A stretch of DNA of 64,000 nt from Camelus ferus (taxonomy: Eukaryota): assembly GCF_009834535.1 (NCBI RefSeq), contig NC_045696.1, positions 71,860,001 to 71,924,000 on the forward strand, read 5' to 3'. The notes beneath the pieces were generated by a model, which was not told where the DNA came from, did not search any database, and was given only the letters and a program-made list of their open reading frames with translations. Below, in pieces: positions 26,850 to 39,668 of this stretch (positions within the stretch are counted from its first letter, which is position 1; every line of letters starts with the position of its first letter). The translations under genes were made by a program, and so were the position numbers.

Positions 26850-26975
26850 AATGGACCAAAGAGGACCAAGGAGTCAGCCTTTTCAGCTGAACTACAACAA
26901 GCTTTGGCCATGTTGGAGGATTTGATCAAGTCCTGTGAATTGGCCGTGGACCTGGCAGCTGTCACCGGATGTCCG
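26850..26975 (+). CDS. MCF2L2: MCF2L2 exon (~22), DH C-terminal helix: NGPKRTKESAFSAELQQALAMLEDLIKSCELAVDLAAVTGCP
   Basis: ccacag| and |gtatgt; 126 nt, phase 0 to 0. Confidence 0.95.
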
Positions 26976-27325
26976 GTATGTTTCATAGCAGGTGTTGGAA
27001 TGTTGCAACAGAAGGCAGGCACAGTCTTACAAAGGTAGGAGATGCTGTAGAAATGTTAGAGAAATGATCATAGGCAAGGAATTTGACTCTGGGCAAAGTA
27101 GCCTAAATCCATCAGCAAACCCATGCTATGAGATTCCAAGCAGCACCTCAGTGTTTTTAGGAATCTGGAGTTGTGTTCCTTGGGGTCCTAAACATTGAAA
27201 GTGACCCACACTCCACAAGAAGCAGGAACTCAGGAGCCAGAACATACAGGGGCAGGGAAAGTACTGACGGAATAGTTTATTTTCTCACTTGTGGCACCAT
27301 GAGAAGATTAAAAGATCTTCCTTCC

Positions 27326-27695
27326 TTTTTTTTTAAGTCCAGCTTTATTAAGGTATAATTAACAAATAAAATGGTAAGATACATAAAGTGTACAACATGA
27401 TTATTTGATGTACATATATATTATGAAAGGATTCTCCCTGAGTTAATTTAATATATACATTTCCTCATATATTTACTATTTTTTAATTGGTCAAAACATT
27501 TAAATTCTAATCTCTTGGCGAATTTCAATTATCAACTATAGTCACCGTGTTATACATGAGATCCTCAGATCCAATTCATCTTTTTTTTTTTGCTTTTGTT
27601 TATTTTTATTCCTTTTGACAACAATCTTCTTTTTAATTCAATTAGCTATTGACATAAAATAAACAGCAAGGATATTGTACTTTATCAATATATCA
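27326..27695 (-). mobile_element. L1 3' end fragment(s) with target-site duplication
   Basis: Poly-T then CAGCTTTATTAAGGTATAATT..; flanked by TAAAAGATCTTCCTTC / TAAAAGAGCTTCCTTC. Confidence 0.7.
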
Positions 27696-28034
27696 ATAAA
27701 AGAGCTTCCTTCTTGACTCATATTTTCTCCGTGAAAATTGCTTTGAAAAATGGGCCCTAAGTGAAAGCCTAGTACCATTTCACATCACAGATCCCAGAAG
27801 AGACCCAACAAACACACTAGGTACATCCCTTAATCCAAGTGCTTAAGGAGAAATACCAAAAGAGGGAGTGCTGGAGGGTTGAGCCTTCTCAACTCTGGCA
27901 TCAGGCTTAACTCTGAGTAGACCAGACCCAGGCATTTCAGGCAAATCATCCTCAATCACTGCAGGACCTCCTGGGACTGGGACGTAACTGATCCAGATGG
28001 TTTTCACTGTGATGTACTCTGGATTTTGACTCAG

Positions 28035-28490
28035 GTGTATTTTCCATCATTGTCATGATAAATTACCCCAAACTTGGTGGGGCTTAAAATAGTACAAACT
28101 TACTATCTTACAGTTCCCGGAGTCAGAAGTACAACACAGTCTCACCAGGATAAAATCAAAGTGTCTGCCTTCCTTTTTGGAGGCTTTAGGAGAGAATCTC
28201 GTTTTCCAGTTTACAAAGGCCGCCCACATTCCTTGGCTCAAGGCCTCTTGCTCCATCTTCAAAGCCAGCTACGGTGGGTTGAGCTCTTCTCAGTAGGATC
28301 ACTCAGACATTCACTTCTGCTTCTCTTCCACTTTTAAGGACTCACCCAGTTAATCCATGATAATCTCCCCATCTTGAAGTCAGCTGAATAACAATCTTAA
28401 TTCATTTGTTATATAATTTGACATAGTCTCGGGTTCTAGGGATTAAGACCTGGACTTCTTTGGGAGGCTATTATTCTGTCTGCCACACAG
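28035..28490 (-). mobile_element. MLT1-type solo LTR
   Basis: AAATTACCCCAAACTTGGTGGGGCTTAAAA..ATTATTCTGTCTGCCACA. Confidence 0.75.
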
Positions 28491-30799
28491 GGATCAAGCA
28501 TTCAGAGAATTACCTTTCACATGGATACTTTTCTTCTCTTTTTTTCCTTTTCACCTGGTTTTAACATACTGTTTATTGACATCTGGGTAGATGAAATGAC
28601 CTTCCTTTTCTTTCCTTGTCAGAAATCAAACCATGCAGATTAATTAGGGGGAAAAAAAACAAAACAAAACTGTGATCTTTTTATTTCCCTCCCTCTTGGT
28701 ATTTCTCTGGCCAGTGTCTCAGAAACAGCCCCACAATGTTTGCTGAGATCTGAGCAGCAATGCTGTTGCTGTCCCCTGGGACTCCAGAATGCTCTCTGCT
28801 TACTACAGATGCATGATTTAAGAGGTATTCATGAACCACAGTGTGTGTGGGACAGAGGATTATTTTCTTGATGATAATTGTTTCCTTCTTTGTCTAAGGA
28901 AAGTCAAGAGAGCAATTTGTTTAATCATTTGGGAGATCTTTCTGTTTTTCTTTTTATCTTTGAATACATGTCAGCCACCCCTACTAGATATCCATTTCCC
29001 TGAATCAAAAGATTGTCCTGGAAACTGTACACAGGGCAGGAAACTCCTAGCTATTGTTCTGAGTGTAAGAAACATTGGAGGAGGAAGTCATGAGAAGAGA
29101 ATGATCAAATTTGAATAAATAGCATTCTAATTTCATTCCAAGCTGGCTTTCATGCAAATAAGTTTATAGAATTCTAGAGATTTTTTTTTTACACCACATG
29201 CAAAGAACTTTTTTTTCCCTATGTATCCTCAGAATTGTACCTTTGACATACGCTTTATGGTTTCTTTTTCACTAAGACTTTAACTAGCTTTACTCCTAAT
29301 ACATTAGCTAATTTATCCTATTGAATCATGGAAGAGCAGGCATTAGACTTTTCAACTTTCTGATTCAGGAACTTTTCCATGGAGAAAAGAGTTAACTCAC
29401 CCCAAATCACTCAGTCATTAGCGAGGACTACATTTTGGATCTCTACCCCCTGTCCAGGGTGACATCCTCTTAACATATTCTTCATCTGGGTCTGTTTCAA
29501 GTTTACTAACAACTCGACTACTATCAACTCAGTTATCATGATTCTGAGATTCTTTGTATCAGCTTTGTAGAACTGGATCACAAGGTGTTTACAATCACAC
29601 GTCATAAGTAGGGATGAATCCAGAACTTAACCTCTTAGCTTCTCTACTTGACATCCAGTGTTGGCCTGGTTTTGTAAAGGAGATGAATTGAACTTGATGG
29701 GATGAAATCATTATTAAAACAACTAGAAAAATGCCCTTCTGATATTTATATTTTCTCCCTGTTGTGTACATTCAGTTAGTTCTTGGTTTAATTTAATCAT
29801 GGGAAACTTAAAATTTTTTAAGAAAGTTTGTTTTGTGGAACACTGAGATGTAATTTCCCTCTCTTAAAAAAAAGAAAAGTTTCCTCCCTGTTCAATACAA
29901 TGCATAAAACAGATGCATTTAGAATTCTTTTAAATCTTGACTTGCCAGGAACAAGTTCCAAGAATGAATAGTAAAAGTTGAATGAAATATTTTTATTTTA
30001 TGAAATAAATGTATATTATTCAGTAAAGGAATTCTTTTTATTGCAAGTTTATTGTGGGCTAAGGTCAAATATTTTATTTTCTATTTTATTTCCCACTTTC
30101 CTTGACTGCAGAGATAAGGCTGAGCAAATAACCTTGACTCACTGGAATTACCTTGTGCTTCTTTCACACTTACACCACCTATGTCAAGGGGATTGTGAGG
30201 AGTAAATAAGGATTAAATCACAATTAAGGCACCTAGCACCATGCCTGGCACCAGGTAGATGCTCATTAAATGACCCAGATTTGGCTACTTAACCAGGTGG
30301 GAAAGGAAGGAACCCTTTTGCTTCTGGCCATTGTAATCATGGGCCCCTCTGTCCCACAGCTTCTGCCTTTCATTTCTGGACTAAGCTTTGTGCTAATTCA
30401 TTTATCCAGATGTTTCCTGCCTCTTTGTGCAAGAAGCATACCGCCCTGTCCCTTTAGTTGTCATTGCCAGGAAGGGACACCTGGGCACCCAGAAGAGGTC
30501 TCCTTCTAGAGGCCATCTCCCCTGCATTCACTCTCAGCCAGATTCTTCATTTGGTTGATATCATTACATTTGAAATTCTTACCTCAGAGCGCTTACCTAC
30601 AAAACATCCACACATGAAAATGGTAGCATTTACTAGATTATTTCACCATCATTTCCCACGTGGAAGAGACCATCTGACATTTCCTTTGCTTATTTGTTTT
30701 GGGCAGTGCTATATCTCTGAGCTCACACCCATCAGATTCATCAACACACCAAAGTGATGGCCACACTATTACATCACTAGTGGAAAAACTGGTTGGGGA

Positions 30800-31225
30800 T
30801 ATATTCATTTCCTAGACCTGCCATAACAAAGCATTACAAACAGGGTAGCTAAAAACCACAGAAACTTATTCTTTCACAGTTCTGGAGGCAAGAAATCCAA
30901 AATCAAGACGTTGGCAGGCCCATGCTCTCTCTGAAGGCTCTAGGAAAGAATCTTCCTTACTTCTCTCCTGGCTTCTAGAGGTTGCCAGCAGTGCTTGGCA
31001 TTCATGGCTTATAGCTCCATCACTCCAATTTCTGCCTGTCTTCATGACTGTCTTCTTAATGTGTTTGTCTCTAGGTCTCTGTTTTCTCTTCATATAAGGA
31101 CACCAGTCATTGAATTAGGACCCATACAATCCAATAGGATCTCATTTTAACCTAATTACATCTGCAAAGAGACTATTTCCAAATAAGGTCACATTCTGAG
31201 GTCCTGGGTAGACATGAATTCTTTG
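30800..31225 (-). mobile_element. MLT1C/D-type solo LTR
   Basis: CACAGTTCTGGAGGCAAGAAATCCAAAATCAAG..ACATCTGCAAAGAGACTATTTCCAAATAAGGTCACATTCTGAGG. Confidence 0.8.
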
Positions 31226-32291
31226 AAAATGCTTTTCAACCCAGTTCAGGGTCATCACTGAATTAGCTTCCTCACGGTTCTGAGTATTTAGCTTAATGTC
31301 CTCCTCCCTACCCACCCCCCCCCCCCACACACACACACACTCACTAAATGCCAATAGGTGATTAAATACTTTCTAGGGCACAAGTATCTGCAAGAGGTTG
31401 TACATGTGGTCTCTGGACTTGGGACCAACTACAATCTGATTGGAAAGAAAGAATACATGTGGTTGCAAAATGGCCAAAGTTCATCCTTTGTCCTTGTCAG
31501 AGCAATCCCCTCTCCCTCTTCCCTTTGGAGGTGAAGTGGCCTCCACACAGGCATGTATCCTGGATCATGGTAACATACATGCACCTGTCCTTCATCAGTA
31601 CTGTGCAGGCCATGTGCCCTCAGCCACCACAGGATGGGCCTCGAGTATTGAGATGTTGGATCTCATCACAAGCCTGGTCCTGGGCAAGTTTATGCAAGGT
31701 GACCTGGGTGATATGCAGCCCATCTGTTCAACTCAGAAGACCCAGCAATTTTCTTCAGTGACCTCCAGTGATGACAGGCTTACTAGAAAAGGCAACCACA
31801 TAGCCTCAGAAGGAATCAGAACAGTGGCAGGACCAGGCTCATGGATGTGGGAACTAGACAATTCCAGAATCCACAGCAACTCTGGGGCCTTGGCCTGGGG
31901 AGGAGTTGGGGTTCTCCCCTGTGTGCTCTGCCTACTAGTGCAGGTGTGTCCTCTTCCCTCACTGCCCATTGACTGCTTCTTTCCCCCATCGGAGTCTTTT
32001 CCTCTTCCTCATAGCTCCTGGTGACTCACGCTCTTCATTGCTCTGCTTGTTTATCCCTTATTCTACCTCTTGCCCTGTCGTAAAGGATCTCACAGCTACA
32101 ACTCCTGCTGCTTTCTGTTTCCTCCTCTGTTCTCCTCAGTTCAGACAGGGATCAGAGTGGACTCCCAGCACATCTTGTTTACACCAGGCCTCTGTGTTCA
32201 GGGGCTGGCACATCTCTTCACATCCTTTGGTCGATTGCTTACCAAGGTTCAAATGGCTGTGGCTGTGGGAGGCGTGAGAAGTGCAGAGATT

Positions 32292-35200
32292 ATATATATG
32301 CACCCAATATAGGAGCACCTAAGTACATAAAATAATTACTAACAGAGATAAAGGGGGATATTGATGGGAATACAATCATAGTTGGAGATTTTAACACCTC
32401 ACTAACATCACTAGACAGACCTTCCAGACAGAAAATAAATAAGACAACAGAAATATTAAATAATACAATAGAAAAGTTAGATTTGGTGGATATTTTCAGA
32501 GCATTACACCCCCAAAACATAGGATATACATTCTTTTCAAGTGCACATGGAACATTTTCCAGGATTGATCATGTACTTGGGCACAAAAGAAACCTCAACG
32601 ATTTTAAGAAGATAGAAATTATCTCAAGCATCTTTACTGACCACAGTGCCATGAAACTAGAAATCAACAACAGAGAAACAAAGGAGAAAAAAGGAAAGCA
32701 TGGAGATTAAACTATATGCTATTAAAAAACCAATGGGTCAATGAGGAAATCAAAGCTGAAATTAAAAAACACCTTGAGACAAATGAAAATAAAAGCACAA
32801 CCACACAAAATTTATGGGACATAGCAAAGGCAGTGCTAATAGGGAAGTTTATAGCAATACAGGCCTTCCTCAAAAAAGAACAATCTCAAATAAACAATTT
32901 AACCCACCAGCTAAGGGAACTAGAAAAAGAAGAACAAAAAACCCCAAAAGGCAGCAGAAGGAAGGAAATTATATAGATTAGGGAGGAATTAAATAAAATA
33001 GAGATTTAAAAAAAAACCATAGAAAAAGTCAATCAAACCAAAAGCTGGTTTTTTGAAAAAGTAAATAAAATCGACAAACCTCTGGCCAAACTCACAAAGA
33101 AGAAAAAAGAGAGAGCACAAATTAGCAAAATAAGAAAGGAAAATGGAGAAATTACAACAAATAAAATAGAAATACAGAATATCATATGAGAATATTATGA
33201 AAAACTATATGGAACCAAACTGGATAACCTAGAGGAGATGGACAAGTTTCTGGAAACATACTGTCCACCAAGACTGAATCAAGAAGAAACTGACCACTTG
33301 AACAAACCGATCACTAGAAATGAAATCGAAATAGCAATAAAAAACCTCTCTACAAATAAAAGTCCAGGACCGGACAGCTTCACTGGGGACTTCTACCAAA
33401 CATACAAAGAAGAACTCATACCAGTCCTTCTCAAACTCTTCCAGAAGATTGAAAAGGAGGGAATGCTCCCAAACTCATTCTATGAAGCCACCATCACCCT
33501 GATATCAAAACCAGGCAAAGACACTACAAAAAAAGAGAATTATAGGCCAATATCACTGATGAACCTAGACGCCAAAATCCTTACCAAAATATTAGCAAAT
33601 AGAATCCAACAACACATAAAAAAGATTATACATCATGACCAAGGGGGATTCATCCCAGGGACACAAGGGTGGTTCGACATACACAAATCAATCAATGTGA
33701 AGGTACATCACATCAACAAGAGAAAGGACAAAAACCACGTGATCATCTCAATAGATGCAGAAAAAGCATTTGATAAAATTCAACACCCATTTATGATAAA
33801 AACTCTCACCAAAGTTGGTATAGAGGGAACATATCTCAACATAATAAAAGCTATATATGACAAACCTACAGCCAGCATAGTACTCAACGGTGAAAAACTG
33901 AAAAGTTTCCCACTAAAATCTGGGACAAGACAAGGATGCCCACTATCACCACTCCTATTCAACATAGTCCTGGAAGTCCTAGCCACAGCAATCAGACAAG
34001 AGAGAGAAATAAAAGGGATCCAAATTGGAAAAGAAGAGGTAAAAGTGTCACTATATGCCGATGACATGTTATTATATATAGAAAACCCTAAAAGGTCCAC
34101 ACAAAAACTATTAGAACTAATTGAAGAATTCAGCAAGGTAGCAGGTTACAAGATTAACATTCAAATATCAGTTGCATTTCTTTACACTAACGATGAATCA
34201 ACAGAAAAAGAAAGTAAAGAAACAATCCCCTTTAAAATAGCACCCAAAGTAATAAAATACCTAGGAATAAATCTAACCAAGGAGGTAAAAGAATTATACA
34301 CAGAAAACTATAAACCATCGATAAAGGAAACTAAAGAAGACTTTAAAAAATGGAAAGCTATCCCATGCTCTTGGATTGGAATAATCAATATTGTTAAAAT
34401 GGTCACACTGCCCAAGACAATCTACGGATTTAATGCAATCCTTATCAAATTACCCAGGACGTATTTCACAGAACTAGAACAAATCATAATAAAATTTCTG
34501 TGGAACCACAAAAGACCTAGAATTGCCAAAGCATTACTGAAGAGAAAGAAAGAGGCTGGAGGAATAACTTTCCCAGACTTCAGACAATACTATAGAGCTA
34601 CAGTCATCAAGACAGCATGGTATTGGTACAAAAACAGATATATAGACCAATGGAACAGAATAGAGAGCCCAGAAATGAACCCACAAACTTTTGGTCAACT
34701 AATCTTCGACAAAGGAGGCAAGAATATACAATGGAATAAAGAGTCTCTTCAGCAAATGGTGTTGGGAAAACTGGACAGGAGCATGTAAAACACTGAAGCT
34801 GGAACACTCCCTTACACCATACACAAAAATCAACTCAAAATGGATTAAAGACTTAAACATAAGACAAGATACAATAAACCTCCTAGAGGAAAATACAGGT
34901 AAAACATTCTCTGACATACATCTCAAAAATGTTCTCCTAGAACAGTCTACTCAAGCAATAGAAATAAAAGCAAGAATAAACAAATGGGACCTAATGAAAC
35001 TTACAAGCTTCTGCACAGCAAAGGAAACCATAAGTAAAACAAAAAGACAACCTACGGAATGGGAAAAAATTTTTGCAAATGAAACTGACAAAGGCTTGAT
35101 CTCCAGAATATATAAGCAGCTCATACAATTTAATCAGAAAAAAATAAACAACCTAATCCAAAAATGGGCAGAAGACCTAAACAAGCAATTCTCCAAGGAA

Positions 35201-35770
35201 GACATACAAATGATCAATAGGCACATGAAAAAATGCTCAATATCACTAATCAGAGAAATGCAAATCAAAACTACAATGAGATATCACCTCACACCAGTCA
35301 GAATGGCCATCATTCAAAAATCCACAAATGACAAATGCTGGAGAGACTGTGGAGAAAGGAGAACCCTCCTTCACTGCTGGTGGGAATGCAGTTTGGTGCA
35401 GCCACTGTGGAAAACAGTATGGAGATTCCTCAAAAGACTAGGAATAGACTTACCATATGACCCAGGAACTCCGCTTCTGGGCTTATATCCAGAAGGAACC
35501 CTACTTCAGGATGACACCTGCACCCCAATGTTCATAGCAGCACTATTTACAATAGTGAAGACATGGAAACAGCCTAAATGTCCATCAACAGGTGACTGGA
35601 TAAAGAAGAGGTGGTACATTTATACAGTGGAATACTATTCAGCCATAAAAACCGACAACATAACGCCATTTGCAGCAACACGGATGCTCCTAGAGAATGT
35701 CATTCTAAGTGAAGTAAGCCAGAAAGAGAAAGAAAAATACCATATGAGATCGCTCATGTGTGGAATCTAA
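32292..35770 (+). pseudogene. Disrupted L1 ORF2 (endonuclease / reverse transcriptase)
   Basis: ORF pieces 32483-32710, 32716-32976, 33238-34788 and 34994-35770 are separated by stops and frameshifts; no 5' UTR or ORF1. Confidence 0.93.
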
Positions 35771-36092
35771 AAATAAACAAACAAAGCAAAGCATAAATAC
35801 AAAACAGAAATAGACTCACAGACATAGAATACAAACTTGTGGTTGCCAAGGGGTTGGGGGTGGGAAGAGATAGACTGGGATTTCAAAATTGTAGAATAGA
35901 TAAACAAGATTATACTGTATATATAGCACAGGGAAATATATACAAGATCTTATGGTAGCTCACAGAGAAAAAAAGTGACAATGAATGTGTATATGTTCAT
36001 GTATAACTGAAAAATTGTACTCTACACTGGAATTTGACACAACACTGTAAAATGATTATAAATCAATAAAAAATGTTAAAAGAAAAAAAAAA
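32292..36092 (+). mobile_element. 5'-truncated young LINE-1 (most of ORF2, 3' UTR, poly-A) with TSD
   Basis: Begins within the endonuclease domain (IYAPN), contains RT (QGCPLSP, YADD) and the Cys-rich C-terminus; AATAAA 36065-36070; TSD AGTGCAGAGATT at 32280-32291 and 36095-36106. Confidence 0.97.
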
Positions 36093-38276
36093 GCAGTGCA
36101 GAGATTGCAAAGGACAAGAACATTGCTGCCTAAGGGTGTCTCTTCAGCAGGGCTGTGGACGAGTCTGTTTCCTCTGCAGCCCATGGCCTGGGCAGACACC
36201 TTAACCAACATTAACCAGCCCTCTGCAGGCCATCGGAGAGGGTACACCTGAACTTGTTCCCCACTCCCTATCCTTCTGGCCTCTTTTAGAGTTGCTTTTA
36301 ACGGCTATGCTATGAAGTGATGCCTCCACAGCTACCAGATGTGTTAGAAACAGCTTTACCTAAAATCCATTCATCTGTCCTGGGATGTGGTTGAGGGTGG
36401 GCTCAGTATTTGACTCAGTGACCCTTTATGAGGACCCAAGGGAGAAATTGCTCACGTCTTACTTGCAGGATTGCTGTGTTTTTCCTGAACAACTGGTTTA
36501 GGTATGTCTTTGGACATGATGAGTCATATAACTCACCATGTTTCCCTCTGTACTGCCTGCTAGAAGGTCAAAGGCTTGTCTACAGCAAGTTTCCATGGCT
36601 TTATTGTATGGATTTTATGTACAATCTCTTCAACCTACTTTATTTTTAATCTTTACATTTTCTTTACCCTAATTCCTAAGTTATTTTCTAACTGCCTATA
36701 ATGTGTATATTTTTACAAGATGTATCTAATTTTTGAAGCGAAGTGGAATGTAAGTACACTTTTAAATAGAAACTACCGATAACACTTGTTCCGGGGCAAA
36801 TATTAAGCACCTACTCTTGCCAGTTGCCTTGACTAAAATGTATTCACTGCAAATATATGTCTGTACAGTACAAACTGAATGGGTTTAAAGGAGAAAGCAG
36901 GGCTTTCTCACCTCACTGAGGCTGAGGTGGTTACATCTGAGTCGCTTCTGGAAGGAAATGGATAGAGTGGAAAACTTCTCACAGACCTACCGCCCACCTG
37001 TCTTGGAGTGTGACCCAGCTGATCCTGTACAACCTGGAACAGGAGTGTCGTGCTTTTAGAGAGAAGGGCCTTGTGATGGGGTCTCTTTATTCCTCAATAG
37101 GGGTTTCATCTACCACAGTGACACATGTAAATTTTATAAAGCGAAAAGAGAAAAATAGCACTGAAAGTATGCCACAAGCACCATAGAAATGACTACGGTT
37201 TGTTGCTCTTGAAGTTTTTGTTTTAGAATTTCAGAAATATGGTCAACTGCTTTAGAAAAAAGATATTCACAGTTTGATAGAAATAATAAATTATAAAAAT
37301 GCCTAATTACATAATGTACATGTCTAAATATTAACTATCAGAAATTGTAGGGATTTATCTCAGCTAGATGTAAATCAGGGAAATTTCTCTGTCCTGGTCC
37401 TGTTCAAATAGTTCTTCCTTTTGGAGTTTTGATTCAGGGAAATAAATTCTTGATTATTTACTATAAGTGATATAATTTTTGAAAAATACCAAATAAAACC
37501 ACATCCCTAGCTCATCTCACTAGACAACTTTTAGAGCTCAGAGAGGGCAGGGTCACCTCATTTGGACTTTCAACCAGACATATGAGAAAGGCAGGCTTGA
37601 TGGAAGAGGGAGAGGCATCATATGTGTGCCCTAGAGCCAAAGAGACTAGGCAAAAAAAAAAAAGTCTTCTAAAATTATCTTTGCACTGTTCGCTCACTGT
37701 GAAAAACACAGAGTTGAATGTAATGACCGTTTCCATTACAATGTTACGAAGATGATGTCATCCTAAGCTTTCTCCTTTCAGAACAAATCTCATGTTCCCA
37801 GGTTCTCACATACCTGAAGCAGATGTTAGGATACGGACAGAAGACATGGATTACCAACGATCCATAATGCAGCAAAAAGATTCTGTCTCCCCTGAACATA
37901 ATTATATTAATTTCCTGCCCTTTTAACATAGTGTCTTGTATCAAAAACAAAGAAGAGGAAATAGAATTCGGCTAGCTAAAATTAGTTACAGTACAAAAAT
38001 ATCAGAGTACCAATATCTTTAGTTCAAGTATTTCTAACATGCTTTATGTTTATTACCTTCTACAGCTAGACTATTTCCTTATATAACTGAATGTTGCCAG
38101 GCTCAGTGAAACTCACAAAACTAGTTTTGATTTGTGACAGAGTAGCCTGAGTGGCATTTTTAAGACTGTAAACTTCAAAGAAGCATGCTTTGTCATTTAA
38201 AAACAGACCCCTAAGCGTTCTTTTCCTGTCAAGTAATTTAACAGCCTCTTTGTGTATGTGTCTGCATTTCCCAAAG

Positions 38277-38492
38277 GACGATATTGGAAAATTGGGGAAG
38301 CTGTTGATGCATGGCTCTTTCAACGTCTGGACCATTCAGAAGGATCGTTACAAGATGAAAGACTTAATTCGATTTAAGCCCAGCCAGAGGCAAATCTATT
38401 TGTTTGAAAGGGGCATAGTGTTCTGTAAGATACGAATGGAGCCCAGTGACCAGGGTCTATCTCCTCACTACAGCTTTAAGAAGTCTATCAAG
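38277..38492 (+). CDS. MCF2L2: MCF2L2 exon (~23), PH domain N-half: DDIGKLGKLLMHGSFNVW..PHYSFKKSIK
   Basis: ccaaag| and |gtaaag; 216 nt; Dbl/Dbs-type PH motifs RFKPxQR..LFE..IVFCK. Confidence 0.97.
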
Positions 38493-38544
38493 GTAAAGGG
38501 GTCCTTCTGCACCCAGGAGTCAGCACAACCCTATGGAGACAAAT

Positions 38545-38690
38545 GACCTTATTATACAGATAGGGAACTGAAGCTTAGAGAGGTGAGGTTAACTTGCCAA
38601 ATGTCACACAACAGAGTGAGAATCCACGCTCAGGACTGTCTGACTCCAGAGTCGGGGCTTGTAATCAGTCGCCAGCCAGGGCCAGAGCTG
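38545..38690 (-). mobile_element. MIR SINE
   Basis: ACAGATAGGGAACTGAAGCTTAGAGAGGTGAGGTTAACTTGCCAAATGTCACACA. Confidence 0.7.
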
Positions 38691-39350
38691 GCACACAGGT
38701 GCCTTTGTGCTGGGTAGAGAAAAGGGTCCCTAGGGCAGCCTGTCTGGACAAAGTAATTAAAAAGCACCCTCTTTCCTCCAGGCAGAAGAGGGAAGGACTT
38801 GGTGATTAGAGCATGGGCTGAATTTCCTCTTTGACTTGCCCTTCTCAAGCACGCACCCTTTGCATACAAGTGTAGACAGCATCCTGACCCTGGGGGTCTA
38901 GGAACCCATGTCCACACCAAGCAGTATCACGGGCCTGTATAGGAAATATTTCATAGCTAGCTATCACACACACACACACACACACATTTGTGCTCTTCTG
39001 ATTAAAAGTGTTAATTCATTCATAGTAATTTTGCTTATTTCTGTTTCTTAATGGATACTAATTCAGTTACTATTATGTAGAGATTTGTGAAATACTCAGA
39101 TATTAAAGGAGTGGTGATCTTTTGCTTAAAGGTTGAAGGTTGCAGCTCTGTATGTGGAAAGATACAGTCTGTGTTGTCCTTTGAACAAGAGAAGACAGAT
39201 AACATTGTACCAGATTGCTTTATGCTCCTTAAGGCCATTAACAGAGGATAGCGCAACACTTGGAAGGAAGATGGAAGAAGAGGGCTACCAAGGGTAGAAA
39301 GGGTTAGAGTGGCTGATGTGGAGGATTTTAAAATCAAAAGAGGATCATAT

Positions 39351-39625
39351 TGTCGCGCTCTTTCTCTCTCTCTCTCTTTCTCTCTTTCTCTCTCTCTCTC
39401 GCCTTCTGAGATGGCTCGCACTCTGTCTGTGGAGTGTGTATCTACTTTTACTTTAAATTAACACCCCACACCTCTTGGCTTCTTTCCCGCTTGCCTTTTG
39501 AGATGGCCCACATTCTGCCTATGGGATATGTATCTCCTAAGCCCCTTTCCCTTCTGAGTGAGACGGACCCCAATCTGTCTGTAGAGTATGTATCTCTCTA
39601 AATAAACTTGCTTTCACTTAAAAAA
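39351..39625 (+). mobile_element. Short polyadenylated retro-insertion (LTR R-region-like) with 15-bp TSD
   Basis: TSD AAAAGAGGATCATAT (39336-39350) / AAAAGAGGATGATAT (39626-39640); (CT)n; three internal repeats; AATAAA at 39601; poly-A from 39620. Confidence 0.75.
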
Positions 39626-39668
39626 AAAAGAGGATGATATAAAAATTTTTCTTCTTTCTTTACAATAG

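Noticed and set aside
31440..32024. 194-aa + strand ORF
   Set aside because: Non-ATG start, no recognisable domain, no splice context linking it to MCF2L2.
33238..34788. 516-aa reverse transcriptase ORF as an active or domesticated gene
   Set aside because: A fragment of a 5'-truncated L1 ORF2 bounded by a stop and a frameshift; no promoter or ORF1.
33780..34926. Antisense ORFs within the L1
   Set aside because: Common shadow ORFs of L1 ORF2.
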